Source of the DNA: Pirellulales bacterium
Lineage (GTDB): Bacteria > Planctomycetota > Planctomycetia > Pirellulales > JAICIG01
Length of the DNA stretch: 64,000 nucleotides
Direction: 5' to 3'
NCBI GenBank assembly: GCA_040901675.1
Contig: JBBDYJ010000032.1
Location: 32,656-96,655, forward strand
In this document: piece by piece, positions 37,588-47,642 of the stretch
Layout of the letters: the number at the start of each line of letters is the position of its first letter
How positions within the stretch are numbered: position 1 is the first letter of the stretch
Made by a program: the position numbers and the translations under genes
The notes under the pieces: generated by a model
The model's input: the letters and a program-made list of their open reading frames with translations, nothing else
Database searches by the model: none
What the model was told of the DNA's origin: nothing

Positions 37588-38495
37588 AGGTCGCGGCCGT
37601 CGCGGAGACTCTTGCCGACGGGGACCAAGCGGCGCTTGCCTTCGGTTTCGATTTCGACGGCACGCGGCGTGATGCGGGCGATCGTTCCCTCGAGGTCGCC
37701 CACTTTGAACGACTGACCCTCGTGCAGCCGGAGGTGCTGGCCGGTGGTGCGCACGTTCAGCCAAACCAGTGGCCGGCCGCCACCTTGGGTGATGCCGGTC
37801 ACAAAGGCATGCTTGGCCGTGTCGAATTCGGGCGGCTTGGGCGCCGAGCCGGGCGCCGCCACGACGGGAGGCGGCTTATAGACGGCAAACAGGTTGCGGC
37901 CCACGATCACCTTCTTGTACTGTTCCAAATCGCCGAAGGCCAGCCGGTCGGAGGTAGAGCTGCCCAGCGCGCGGCGCGGCTCAGCGCCGGGAAGTACCAT
38001 TGCCTCGACGGCAATGGTGACGCCCAGAACGGCGTCCTTCGACGGCAGCAGCTTAATGCTGGCGACCTGGTGCAGGTGATCGGCGCTGTAGAAATCGTGC
38101 AGGAACCGCGTGACCTGGTCCAGCTTGCCGTTACCCTTGATTTGGAAACGAAGCATCTGGTACACGTCTGTGCGCGAAATGGTCGCGTCGGGATTGACGC
38201 TGGCGTTGGCGAAGGCGGCCCGGTCGACCAGGCCCAATAGCCAGCTCTGATACAGCGAGCCGGCCATGTACAGATCGGGGGGGAGGCTCCGCCGCTCCCA
38301 CTCGCTCAGCTTGCGGGCGGCCCGCTTGCCTCGGGTAACACGAGCCTCCTTATTGGCGACTTGCTCACGGAGAGTATCCAGCTCAGTGGTGCGTTCTTCG
38401 AAGGCGGCCCCTACCAGGCCGTAGCCGTATTGACCAATGGCCAGCACGACGAGCCCACCTGCAATCAAAGCCAAGATGCGTTCGCGCCGTTGCAT
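37584..38495 (-). CDS. GspM/PilO-like protein with a C-terminal GspC/PilP(HR)-like beta domain
   Basis: N-terminal 'RER.L' plus TM, coiled coil, ferredoxin-like 'G.LDQVTRFL.DF' segment, Pro-rich linker, then VTGI..G....VWL..RTTG....L.EG..F.VG...GTI..I. Confidence 0.7.
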   Translation of the reverse strand: MQRRERILALIAGGLVVLAIGQYGYGLVGAAFEERTTELDTLREQVANKEARVTRGKRAARKLSEWERRSLPPDLYMAGSLYQSWLLGLVDRAAFANASVNPDATISRTDVYQMLRFQIKGNGKLDQVTRFLHDFYSADHLHQVASIKLLPSKDAVLGVTIAVEAMVLPGAEPRRALGSSTSDRLAFGDLEQYKKVIVGRNLFAVYKPPPVVAAPGSAPKPPEFDTAKHAFVTGITQGGGRPLVWLNVRTTGQHLRLHEGQSFKVGDLEGTIARITPRAVEIETEGKRRLVPVGKSLRDGRDL

Positions 38496-38500
38496 TGCCG

Positions 38501-40204
38501 CTACCCGCCTTCCTTGGTTGTCGGGGACGCGGTGCCAGCCGGGGCCGCTTCGGCGGCGGGCGGTTGCCCGCCGGCGACTTCGGGAGCCGGCTGGCTTTGG
38601 GCCGGGCCTTCCGTGGGTTGTGCTGCCAACGGTGGTTGTTGTGACGGCGGTTGCTTGTCGGGCGGCTGTTTGTCGGGCGGCTGTTTTTGGGACGGTTCTT
38701 TGTCGGCTGGAACCTTTTGTTTTTCTTTGGCGCGCTTCAGATAATCGTCCTTGGTCTGTGGCCTGACGTCCACGGTCGACGAGAATTCCCAGGTATAACG
38801 ATCGACTGGACTATCGAGTGCACCCAGTCCGTGCCCTCCGACCCGATGATCTTCGTCACGCAGGCCGTCTTCCAAGGCATCGACGACCGAAATGTTGTGC
38901 ACCAGCCCATTGAGCGCAATCTTTCCGCCCTCGGGGTTGCTTGGATTCATCGTCAAATCGGTGAGCATGGCATCTTCGGCGGGCGGAAAATCGCGCGACA
39001 GCTCCACCATCTCGTCGAGCCAGCTCACGTCCTTGGCGGTCCACTTTTCGATCTCGGCGGTCGCCTGCTCCAGCCTGGTGGCCTCGTCGACCAACGGGTC
39101 CATATCCTTTGACTGAGCCCGCAGCGCCTTGATGTCGCGGTCCATGGCGCTCAATTCCAACCAGGCCCAGCCGGCCGCGACCAGCGCCAGCAGGGCCGCC
39201 GACACACCCGCCAGGGCATACCGGTTCCGCCGGCTGGGCGGAGGCGGACGGCGGCGCGGGTTGAGGAAATCGATGGCGGGAGGGATCTGCTGGGCCTCGT
39301 CCAGCAGCATGCCCAACAACGGCGCAAAGCGGCCGGTGTGCTGCGGCAGCGACCGCCGCAACGACTTGGACAGGTCGAGCCCGGCAAACGGATCGAACAG
39401 CCGGGCCGGCAGGCCAAGCTCCCGCGACATCCGCTCGGCCAAGGCGGCGTGGTCCTGGCCGCTGCCGCATAGATCGATGGCTTCGACCTTCTGGCCGCCC
39501 AGTTGGTTCTGGGCGGCCGCGATGGTGCGGCGCATCTCGGCCAGCAGAGGGCGGCATTCGTCGGAGGCGGTCAGCACGTCGGCGGGCAAGCGGGCGGTGC
39601 GCAGAAAGACCACCTGGTCGTCGACCAGCACGGTCAGGTCCGCTTCCTCGGCCAGCACGTCGACCAACAGCCGCACCCGCTCGCCTCCCGATTGCGTGCG
39701 GCAAAGCAGGCTGGCCGCCGCGCAGGGCCGCAGCACCAGGCGCTCCGGCGCGACGCCCGCGCGGCTGCAGGTTTCGCTGATCTGCTCGACCAGGTCGGGA
39801 GAGATGGCGGCAGCCAGCACCTGCCGCGGACCGTCGGTGCCGGCGCCCAGCGGCAGAAAATCGAGCGGCCAGCCTTCGGCCAGCGACGTGAACTCGCGCA
39901 TGGCCTGGAAACGGACCATGTCGGGCAGTTCGTCGGCCGGGGCCGGGGGCAAGGTGAGCTGTTTCAGCTCGATGCTCGCGCGGCCGACCGCCACCAACGT
40001 CTCGGCGCGGCCGAGACGCAGCGAGGCCAGGGCCTGGCCGATTGATTCGGCGGTCCGAGTGTCGCCGGTGCCGGACTGACCCTCGAGCCGGGCCGGCAGG
40101 CTCACGGCAAAGGCGTGCTCGATGACCGACTGGCCGGCCTTGGCCGAGGCCACGGCGATGCGCACCTCGCGGCTGTCCCACTCGAGAGCTAATAAACGGG
40201 GCAT
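38501..40204 (-). CDS. PilM-PilN / GspL-like assembly platform protein
   Basis: Actin-like N-terminus (LLALEWD..E.RIA, L.LPP, V..RT..L), DFLNPRR, single TM, coiled coil, PilN-like domain. Confidence 0.8.
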   Translation of the reverse strand: MPRLLALEWDSREVRIAVASAKAGQSVIEHAFAVSLPARLEGQSGTGDTRTAESIGQALASLRLGRAETLVAVGRASIELKQLTLPPAPADELPDMVRFQAMREFTSLAEGWPLDFLPLGAGTDGPRQVLAAAISPDLVEQISETCSRAGVAPERLVLRPCAAASLLCRTQSGGERVRLLVDVLAEEADLTVLVDDQVVFLRTARLPADVLTASDECRPLLAEMRRTIAAAQNQLGGQKVEAIDLCGSGQDHAALAERMSRELGLPARLFDPFAGLDLSKSLRRSLPQHTGRFAPLLGMLLDEAQQIPPAIDFLNPRRRPPPPSRRNRYALAGVSAALLALVAAGWAWLELSAMDRDIKALRAQSKDMDPLVDEATRLEQATAEIEKWTAKDVSWLDEMVELSRDFPPAEDAMLTDLTMNPSNPEGGKIALNGLVHNISVVDALEDGLRDEDHRVGGHGLGALDSPVDRYTWEFSSTVDVRPQTKDDYLKRAKEKQKVPADKEPSQKQPPDKQPPDKQPPSQQPPLAAQPTEGPAQSQPAPEVAGGQPPAAEAAPAGTASPTTKEGG

Positions 40205-40282
40205 ATCGGTTCAGCTTTCCTGGACGGTACTTGGCATGGGTTGGTCGGTCGACGGGAGCGGCAACACGGCCGCCGCCATTGG

Positions 40283-41839
40283 TTATTGGATTCCCAAGGT
40301 CTCCGGAGTGTAGCCACGGCCCAGGTGACTCAGGTCTCTCCAGAATACTAGGCGGGGGGGCGCGGTGGTAGCATCAAGGACGATTTCGGCCCGTGTGGAG
40401 GGTCCCGAGGCGTCGAAATAGCCGATGACCTGGGCCCGGTAAACGCTGCCGCCGGCCGTCACAAAGGGCATGAGCTTCTTCATTTCGTCGAGGGTGACCA
40501 GGCCCTCGCTCAAAAGCCAGGTTTCGTGCCGGCGGCCGGGCCTGTCGTCGCCGGGTTCAGGATCACGCTCGGAAAGGATGCGCTGGACCACGTCGGGTTC
40601 CAGGCCGGGAATGCCCAACAAGACGGTCCGAGCAGCCTGGTTGACGTTGATGCGGCCTGGGATGGTCGGCTTTGGATTCACGGTCACGTGGTCGAGCAAT
40701 TCGGGCAGATAGGAGTCCATCTCGCCCGGCGCGTCGGAAAAGGGACTCTCGACCACGATCGGTTCCTGGAGCCCCTCGAACGTGGCCTGGACTTTGGCGC
40801 CTATGAGGTCGAGCACGGTGGTCAGCCTGGTATTGCCCGGCCGCGTCAGGTCGACGCTGCGGCCGGCGACCTCCTGCGTAATGGCGTTGTCCATGCCGGA
40901 GAAGGGGCCGCTTTGGCGGTAGGCGACGATGAAGGTGGCCCAATCCTCGGGGAAGAGGGCCGAAAGGTCCTCGTGGAGCTGTTCGAGGTCCGAGCCGTTC
41001 AAGTCGATCCGCGGCTGGCCGTCGGGGCCGAGATTCGATTCCTGGCTGTAGAGGGTGAGATAGGCGGACCAGCCCCGGTCCAGGGAACCGTCGGAGTTGT
41101 CGACGCCCGCGATCGAAGCGCCGCTTACGCCTTCGTGCGACTCGATGAGGCCGTTGCGGTCGGCATCGGAACCGAACAAGAGCCAGGGGGTCACGCCGCG
41201 GACCAGCAGCAGCTCTTCGACGGTTTCCAGCGGACCGTTCTTGGGCGCATAGGCGGGGACGAGGCCGGAATAGGCCTCGCTCTCGGCGCCAAAGTCGCGT
41301 TGCGTGTCGTCGGGGTCGATCCAGTCGAGAATGGCGTCGGCCACGTCGGTGGTCATCCCGGGCAGCCCCATGAGCAGGTTGCGGCCGCCGTCGGTCGAGA
41401 GCTTGTCGACCAAAAGCAGGGCATTCAGGTTCAAACGGGCCGACTCGTTTTCCAGCCCATATCGGAAGCCGGCGAGGCCTCCCTCGAGCACGTCGGGCGT
41501 GAGCACGGTGAAGCGGCCGCGGTCCCGGGGACTCGTGTCGTCGAGCACCACGACGCCCTGGAAGAGCGCGGGATTGTTGTACAGGCCGCCCGCCTGCCGG
41601 AGCGTTTCGGGATCCAGTATCACCTGCTGATCGATCCAGCTCACTCCCGAATCGACCAGCGAGCGCGACTGCACGCCGCGGCCGTGCACAAAGACGGCCT
41701 CTCGCTCGGCGAACATCAACTGCGCGAAGATGGCAGCGGCCAGGCTGAGCAGCGCCACGGCCACCAGGACGACCACCAGCACCACGCCGTGCCGGGCGGG
41801 ACGGGCGGATGGTTTGCGGATTGCACGATAGCGGCTCAT
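40283..41839 (-). CDS. gspK: T2SS minor pseudopilin GspK
   Basis: RHG/VVLVVVLV leader, ESARLNLN, ADAILDWIDPD, PKNGPLETVEELLLVRG, GRINVNQA. Confidence 0.9.
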   Translation of the reverse strand: MSRYRAIRKPSARPARHGVVLVVVLVAVALLSLAAAIFAQLMFAEREAVFVHGRGVQSRSLVDSGVSWIDQQVILDPETLRQAGGLYNNPALFQGVVVLDDTSPRDRGRFTVLTPDVLEGGLAGFRYGLENESARLNLNALLLVDKLSTDGGRNLLMGLPGMTTDVADAILDWIDPDDTQRDFGAESEAYSGLVPAYAPKNGPLETVEELLLVRGVTPWLLFGSDADRNGLIESHEGVSGASIAGVDNSDGSLDRGWSAYLTLYSQESNLGPDGQPRIDLNGSDLEQLHEDLSALFPEDWATFIVAYRQSGPFSGMDNAITQEVAGRSVDLTRPGNTRLTTVLDLIGAKVQATFEGLQEPIVVESPFSDAPGEMDSYLPELLDHVTVNPKPTIPGRINVNQAARTVLLGIPGLEPDVVQRILSERDPEPGDDRPGRRHETWLLSEGLVTLDEMKKLMPFVTAGGSVYRAQVIGYFDASGPSTRAEIVLDATTAPPRLVFWRDLSHLGRGYTPETLGIQ

Positions 41840-42921
41840 GGCTGGCCCCTGGAACTGCCGGACGAGCTCGAGCTTGAACTCGCGCCCGATTGCGAGTCTG
41901 AGCCGGACGACGAGCCGCCGGACTCGACGCTGCCGTCCGAAGGGCGTGCGGACGGCAGATGGACCACCAGGCGATAGGTGTTTTCTTCCGGGTCGATTTG
42001 CGAGGGATCCGCCTGGCTATCCAGGGCGATCGCGATCTCAACCGCCATCGGCAGACCCTGGCTCGCGTCGGAATCCCACTCGGTCAGCCATTCATATCCG
42101 TCGAAGTACTCAAACTGGATGGACACCACTTCGGGCGCGAGGGCCTGGGCGGCCTGATCGAGGCCCAGCAGATTGCCATTCATTGCGGCCCACTGGGTCA
42201 CCGCGCGATCGAGCTGCCGCCGCATCAGGCCGGTGGCGCCGGCGTTGGCCGCGGTGGCTTGGGAACCGGCCATGTAGTAGGCAACCGTTTTCACGTCGCT
42301 GGCCAGTTCCAGCGGGCTGGCATCGGTTGCCGAGATCGACTGCTCGTACTGGTCGACGCGGGGCAGCCGGCTGACGTCGACTTCAATCCAATCGAGTCCG
42401 CCATGCAAACCGGGCATCGGCGCCGACAAAGAGCTCGTTTCAGTGTCGCCCGCCGACGTGCCGGTGGAGCCGCTTGTTGAGCCGCCGCTGCTGGCTGGCC
42501 CGCCGCCGGATGCATTGCCGGCGGAGCCGCCGCTTCCCAGGCCGGATGGTTGACCACCGCTGCCGCCCGGACCGTTGCCGGAGGAGTCGTCGCCGTCGCC
42601 GTCGCCGCCACTACCTGCTGGCGACTGCCCGCCCGAGGAACCCCCCTGGCCGGAGGCGCTCACGGCGGACAGGTCGATCTCCAAGGGCTCGTGCCAGACG
42701 GCGCTGCGCAAGTCGTCGGAGATTCGCCGCAAAACCGCGCGGGCCAACTGGGCCCGGGCCACGTCGGCGCGGCCGGAGTGGGTGGCCCGCAGCGTGACCT
42801 GAATGGCGAAGGCGAGCGCCCCCAGCACCAGGACGCTCAGCGCCAGGGCGAGGAGGACTTCGAGCAAGGTGAAGCCCGAATGTCCCGGCGGCTTTCGGAT
42901 CAGGCCGTTCGTGCCACGCAT
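41836..42921 (-). CDS. gspJ: T2SS minor pseudopilin GspJ-like, with Ser/Gly-rich insertion
   Basis: G/FTLLEVLLAL prepilin site; I..DLRSA; FEYFDG.EW..EWD; LP.AVEI. Confidence 0.82.
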   Translation of the reverse strand: MRGTNGLIRKPPGHSGFTLLEVLLALALSVLVLGALAFAIQVTLRATHSGRADVARAQLARAVLRRISDDLRSAVWHEPLEIDLSAVSASGQGGSSGGQSPAGSGGDGDGDDSSGNGPGGSGGQPSGLGSGGSAGNASGGGPASSGGSTSGSTGTSAGDTETSSLSAPMPGLHGGLDWIEVDVSRLPRVDQYEQSISATDASPLELASDVKTVAYYMAGSQATAANAGATGLMRRQLDRAVTQWAAMNGNLLGLDQAAQALAPEVVSIQFEYFDGYEWLTEWDSDASQGLPMAVEIAIALDSQADPSQIDPEENTYRLVVHLPSARPSDGSVESGGSSSGSDSQSGASSSSSSSGSSRGQP

Positions 42922-42951
42922 GTCAAAGTGCCCAAGGTTTTCGAGCGAGTC

Positions 42952-43446
42952 TCAGAAGCCCGCTCTGGAGGAGGAACTGGAACGTTGCGATCCGCCGGAT
43001 CCGGAAGAGGACGAGGAGGTGGACGTGGAGGACGTGCCCTGGGAAGCGGAGACTTGCGTTTCCGGATCGCGCATCCATCGAACCACCGTGAAAGGGCGGA
43101 TCGGCCGTTGGGCGCGTTGCTCGACCGTCACCGCCACGTGCAACAAACCTTCGTCATTGAGTGGTTCCACGACGATCGAATGAGTCCAATTGCCCTTGTC
43201 GTCCAGCGGAACACTGCTGGCCGGTTCAGCCGGAATCACGCCGGCCGCGATCTCGGCCATCAAGCTCTCGGCATACAATTGGGCCTGGGTCAGGTCGCGG
43301 GCCATGCGGGCATTGTCGATGCCCGTGCGGACCACTTGGCCCAGCACGGCGATGGCGCCGGTGAGAATTGCCAGGGCCAGCACGACCTCCAACAACGAGA
43401 AGCCGCCCGACGCTGGCTTTTCGGCCGGTCGTTTGCGGGCCTTCAT
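42952..43446 (-). CDS. gspI: T2SS minor pseudopilin GspI-like
   Basis: G/FSLLEVVLALAIL, A...AES.MAEI; position in cluster. Confidence 0.8.
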   Translation of the reverse strand: MKARKRPAEKPASGGFSLLEVVLALAILTGAIAVLGQVVRTGIDNARMARDLTQAQLYAESLMAEIAAGVIPAEPASSVPLDDKGNWTHSIVVEPLNDEGLLHVAVTVEQRAQRPIRPFTVVRWMRDPETQVSASQGTSSTSTSSSSSGSGGSQRSSSSSRAGF

Positions 43447-44012
43447 CGTCCCACCTCTCGGGCCGAAATCATCTCACCGGCGCGCGAGCCGCCCGTCACA
43501 CCCCGCAACTCCACGGGAACCTGCCGGCCGTCTTCGCTTTCAAGCGTCACGGTGGCATTGGTCGTGGTGCCGTCCGGGTAGAAGAGGATCATGTCGGACC
43601 AGGAACCCTGGGCGCCGAAGGCGGCCGCGGAGGCGGCGGGCGAGATCGTTGAAGCCGCGAACACGACTCCCGCTGGAAGGAAACGGTCGCCCGCCGACGT
43701 GCCCGACGCCGTAGTGCCGCTGCCGGCGGCGTTGCTGCCGGCGGCGGCCTGTTGCAGGGTCCCCTGGGCGTCGGCATAGGCAACGACACGGAAGCGGTCG
43801 CTGCCGGGGAGATAAACAAAAGCCTGGATTTCGCCCGACAGCATGGCGCGATTGCGGGCCCGGGCCCACTCCGCGCGGACCTGGTCGGCGGACCGCCGCA
43901 GCCGGTGACCCGACATGGGACCCTTGAGCGCCGGCCAAGCCATGGCAGCCAGGATCACCAGCAGCGAGAGCACCAACACCGTTTCCAGCAGCGTGAAGGC
44001 CCGGCGGGACAT
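43443..44012 (-). CDS. gspH: T2SS minor pseudopilin GspH/FimT-like
   Basis: RRA/FTLLETVLVL, ARNRAM, I.FYPDGT..A..L, ELRGVTG. True start is ATG at 44012. Confidence 0.82.
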   Translation of the reverse strand: MSRRAFTLLETVLVLSLLVILAAMAWPALKGPMSGHRLRRSADQVRAEWARARNRAMLSGEIQAFVYLPGSDRFRVVAYADAQGTLQQAAAGSNAAGSGTTASGTSAGDRFLPAGVVFAASTISPAASAAAFGAQGSWSDMILFYPDGTTTNATVTLESEDGRQVPVELRGVTGGSRAGEMISAREVGR

Positions 44013-44023
44013 AAGCGTCGTCC

Positions 44024-44458
44024 TTAGTATTGGTCGTCCCAGTTGCCGATGTCGTCTTCGGTGCCATCCTGGCCGTCGGGGCCGAAAGACCAGATGTCGT
44101 AACTCTCGGTGTTCATTTTGCCGGGGTAGGAGTACTGATAGGGACGCTGCCAGGGGTCCTGGGGGATCTTGTTGATATACGCCTCGGGGCCCCACTTGTT
44201 GGGGTTCTGCAGCTCGGACGGCGGGTAGAGCAAGGCATCCAGCCCCGCCGACGTCGAGGGGTATTGCCCCACGTCCAACTGGTACATATCCAACGGCGTC
44301 TGGAACGTACCGATCTGACTCTTGGCGGCGTTGTTGAGGGCCTTTCGCTGGGCCGCGCCGACTTGAAAGACGGCGAAGGAACCGAGGATCACCAGGATCA
44401 CCAGCACCAGCAGCACTTCGATCAGCGTAAAGCCTTGACGGCGACGGCGTCGGGACAT
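44024..44458 (-). CDS. gspG: T2SS major pseudopilin GspG
   Basis: G/FTLIEVLLVL, Y.LDVG.YP, GL.AL, DPW..PY.Y.YPG, YDIWS.GPDG.DGTEDDIGNW. Confidence 0.95.
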   Translation of the reverse strand: MSRRRRRQGFTLIEVLLVLVILVILGSFAVFQVGAAQRKALNNAAKSQIGTFQTPLDMYQLDVGQYPSTSAGLDALLYPPSELQNPNKWGPEAYINKIPQDPWQRPYQYSYPGKMNTESYDIWSFGPDGQDGTEDDIGNWDDQY

Positions 44459-44491
44459 TTCAAACTCTCCTTCTCGTTCTTGAATGTTAAT

Positions 44492-45694
44492 TCAAATGGT
44501 CGAGCTCATCTTGATCACGGGCAGCAACAGGGCGATCACCACGACCAGCACCGCGCCGGCCAGGATCAACAGCATCACCGGCTCCAGCAGCCGCACGAAC
44601 AGGTCGAGCTGCCGCCAGGTGCGGCGCTCCAGGCCGTCGGCAATGTTCACCAGCACGGCGTCGAGCGTGTTGGATTCCTCGGCCACGGCGATCATCTCCA
44701 CGACCGAGGCGGGAAACTGGCCGCTGGCGCCCAACGGTGCGGCCAGCGACTGACCGGCTGAGATGTTGTGCGCCGCCTCGAGGACGGACTGGCCGAGCAG
44801 GCGGTTGCCGGTGGCCTCGCTGCTGATCTCCAACGACTTGATGATCGGCACGCCGTTGCGCAAGAGCGTGCCCAGGACGCGGCAAAAGCGGGCCACGGCC
44901 AGGTTCAGGATGATCGGGCCCGCGCCCGGCAGGCGCGTCTTCCAGCGGTCGCGCCAGACGCGCCCCTCCTCGGTGCCCAGCCTGGAGCGGAGATACAGCG
45001 CGCCCACGACCAGCAGGGCCAGAATCAAGAGCCCCCAGCGCCGCAGCGTGTCGCTGGTCCACAGCAGCAGCTCGGTGACCAGCGGCAGCTCGCCCTGCTC
45101 GCGCAACTGGCTGAACAACTCGGCAAACTTGGGGACGAAGAAAACCACCAGCACCGTGACCACGATCGTGCCCACCATGGCCAGGAAAATCGGATAAGCC
45201 AGCGCACCCACGGTGCGGCCCTTCAGATCTTCCTGCTTCTCGGTGAACTCGGCCACGCGCTGGAGGGCTTCTTCGAGGAAGCCGCCCTCGCCACCGGCGC
45301 GGACCATGTTGGTGGCCATCTCGCTGAACGCCCGCGGGTGCCGCAGCATGGCCTCGGACAGCGGCGAGCCGTCCTCCACCTGCGCCTTGACTTGTCCGAG
45401 CACCTCGGCCAGGCCCGGGTGCGAAGTCTGCCGCTGGAGCACTTCCAGCGAGCGCAGCAGCGGCACGCCGCTGCCCAGCAGATCGCCGAGCTGGGCATAC
45501 GTGGTGGCCATCAATTGCGGCTTGATCCGCCTGCCGCGCCAGGTGCGCGAGGCCGACCGCTCGGCCTCGACCGAGACCGGGAAGAGGGCCCTTTGCCCCA
45601 ACGTGCTGAGGGCCTCGTGCTGGCTGGGAGCGGTCAGCGTGCCGGCGATTCTGCGGCCGGATGCGTCTCGGGCGGTGTAGGCGAAATCGGGCAT
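44492..45694 (-). CDS. gspF: T2SS inner-membrane platform protein GspF/PilC
   Basis: F.Y.A.D..G, LL.SGVPLLRSL, ALAYP, LGTLL.NGVP, LLEP...L. Confidence 0.95.
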   Translation of the reverse strand: MPDFAYTARDASGRRIAGTLTAPSQHEALSTLGQRALFPVSVEAERSASRTWRGRRIKPQLMATTYAQLGDLLGSGVPLLRSLEVLQRQTSHPGLAEVLGQVKAQVEDGSPLSEAMLRHPRAFSEMATNMVRAGGEGGFLEEALQRVAEFTEKQEDLKGRTVGALAYPIFLAMVGTIVVTVLVVFFVPKFAELFSQLREQGELPLVTELLLWTSDTLRRWGLLILALLVVGALYLRSRLGTEEGRVWRDRWKTRLPGAGPIILNLAVARFCRVLGTLLRNGVPIIKSLEISSEATGNRLLGQSVLEAAHNISAGQSLAAPLGASGQFPASVVEMIAVAEESNTLDAVLVNIADGLERRTWRQLDLFVRLLEPVMLLILAGAVLVVVIALLLPVIKMSSTI

Positions 45695-45872
45695 GGTCCA
45701 AGGTGAACTGAAAGGACTAGCGGCTCCACGGGTCTGAGAGCGAGTCAGACCCGGTATTGGCGCCGAGCGGTCGTGCCAGCCGCAACCGCGCGGCGAAGGT
45801 GATCGTCATGTCCGCGCCGAGCAGTAAACGGCCCGCGCGGCGGGCAAGACCGACCCCGGTTACCAAGACCTG

Positions 45873-47579
45873 TTACATTGTACTCAGCCGGTCGCTCTTT
45901 GTAACGCGCACGACTTCTTCGACGGTGGTGCGGCCGGCGAGCACCTTGCACCAGCCGTCTTCACGGAGCGTCCGCATGCCCTCGACCGCGGCCGCTTTCT
46001 TGATCTTCCAGGTGCTGGCGCGGTCTTGAGCCAACTGGCGGACGGTTTCGGTCGTGACCAGCAACTCGTACAGCCCCACGCGTCCCCGGTAGCCAACGTG
46101 CCGGCACGCGCGGCAGCCGACGGGGCGGTACAACGGCGCGCCGGAACCGGTGAGCTGGTCGATGGGAAAATCGGCGGGCAACTCGTCGGGTGCTGGTTCA
46201 TAAGGGCGCTTGCACTCCTTGCACAGCGTGCGGACGAGCCGCTGGGCCATCACCGCTTCCACTGTGCTGGCCACGAGGAAAGGCTCGACCCCCATATCGA
46301 TCATGCGGGTGTAGGCGCCGGCGGCATCGTTGGTGTGCAACGTGCTGAACACGAGGTGCCCGGTGAGCGAGGCCTGGATCGCGTTTTCGGCGGTTTCGAG
46401 GTCGCGGATCTCACCCACGAGGATAATGTCCGGGTCGTGACGGAGGATGCTGCGCAGCGAGTGGGCAAACGACAGCCCGATCTTGGAGTGAACCTGGATC
46501 TGGTTGATGCCCTCGAGCTGGTACTCGACCGGATCCTCCGTGGTGATGATCTTGGTCTGCGGGCACTTGATCTCCAACAAGGCGCTGTAAAGCGTGGTCG
46601 TTTTGCCGGACCCCGTGGGACCTGTGACCAGGATGATCCCGTGCGGCAGGCGGATCAGCTCTTGGAAGCTCTTGTACAACTCGTATTCCATGCCCAGCTT
46701 CTGCAGGGCAAACTCCATCCCGCCCTTGTCGAGCAAGCGGAGCACCATCCCCTCGCCGTGGATCATGGGGATCACCGACACGCGGACGTCGACCTCGCGG
46801 CCCGAAACCTTGAGCTTGATGCGGCCGTCCTGGGGCAGGCGCTTCTCGGCGATGTTCAGCCGGGCCATGATCTTCAAACGGCTGATGATGGCCAGTTGAA
46901 AGCGGCTGATCTCGGGCGGTGCCGGCTGCGGGTGGAGCATGCCGTCGATGCGATAGCGAATTTTCAGGCCCGAAGGCTGCGACTCCAGGTGCACGTCGCT
47001 GGCCCGCGACTCGATGGCTTCCAGCAGGATCTCGTTGACCAGCCGGACGACCGAGGCCTCCTGGGCCATCTCCGACAGCTCGGAGCCGTCCGTTTCGATC
47101 TCTTCGAGCAGCTCGACCTCGCCGTCGGCCGTCCTGGCCAACAGCCCGTCGACCGTCTCGCTGCCCAGGCCCAGATGGGCTTTGATCAGCTTGGAGATCT
47201 CGGCCCGGCTGGCCAGCACCGGCTCGATCGACAAGCCGGTGGCGGCGCTCAATTCGTCGAGCGGATATAAGTCGAACGGATCGCTGGTGGCAACCACCAG
47301 CGACCCGTTTTCACGTCGGATGGGGAACAGGGCCTGGCGATGGATCAGCCGGGTGGGAAAGTCCTTTAATAGCGAGAGGTCGATTTGGGCTTCCGACAGA
47401 TCGACGAAGTCCAGGCCCACCTCGGCGCCTAGGGCGGCCAAGGCGGCCTCTTCCGTCACGAAACCCAGCTCGACGGCGACCTGGTCCAGCCGCACGCCTT
47501 CGCTTTGCGCCAGGCGCGAGGCATCCAGTTGCCGCTGATCGAGCAACCCCCGCTTATAAAGGATTTCACCGGCTTCCAT
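45873..47579 (-). CDS. gspE: T2SS ATPase GspE/PilB
   Basis: [57 protein letters not shown]. Confidence 0.97.
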   Translation of the reverse strand: MEAGEILYKRGLLDQRQLDASRLAQSEGVRLDQVAVELGFVTEEAALAALGAEVGLDFVDLSEAQIDLSLLKDFPTRLIHRQALFPIRRENGSLVVATSDPFDLYPLDELSAATGLSIEPVLASRAEISKLIKAHLGLGSETVDGLLARTADGEVELLEEIETDGSELSEMAQEASVVRLVNEILLEAIESRASDVHLESQPSGLKIRYRIDGMLHPQPAPPEISRFQLAIISRLKIMARLNIAEKRLPQDGRIKLKVSGREVDVRVSVIPMIHGEGMVLRLLDKGGMEFALQKLGMEYELYKSFQELIRLPHGIILVTGPTGSGKTTTLYSALLEIKCPQTKIITTEDPVEYQLEGINQIQVHSKIGLSFAHSLRSILRHDPDIILVGEIRDLETAENAIQASLTGHLVFSTLHTNDAAGAYTRMIDMGVEPFLVASTVEAVMAQRLVRTLCKECKRPYEPAPDELPADFPIDQLTGSGAPLYRPVGCRACRHVGYRGRVGLYELLVTTETVRQLAQDRASTWKIKKAAAVEGMRTLREDGWCKVLAGRTTVEEVVRVTKSDRLSTM

Positions 47580-47642
47580 GTTTATCCACCCGCGCCTGCC
47601 TTGTGGCCTCTCGTCTTGTTGTAACGGCTCGGCGCTACAGGG

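Noticed and set aside
43443..44195. 250-aa version of GspH from the ORF track
   Set aside because: The extension overlaps gspG; the prepilin motif indicates a start at 44012.
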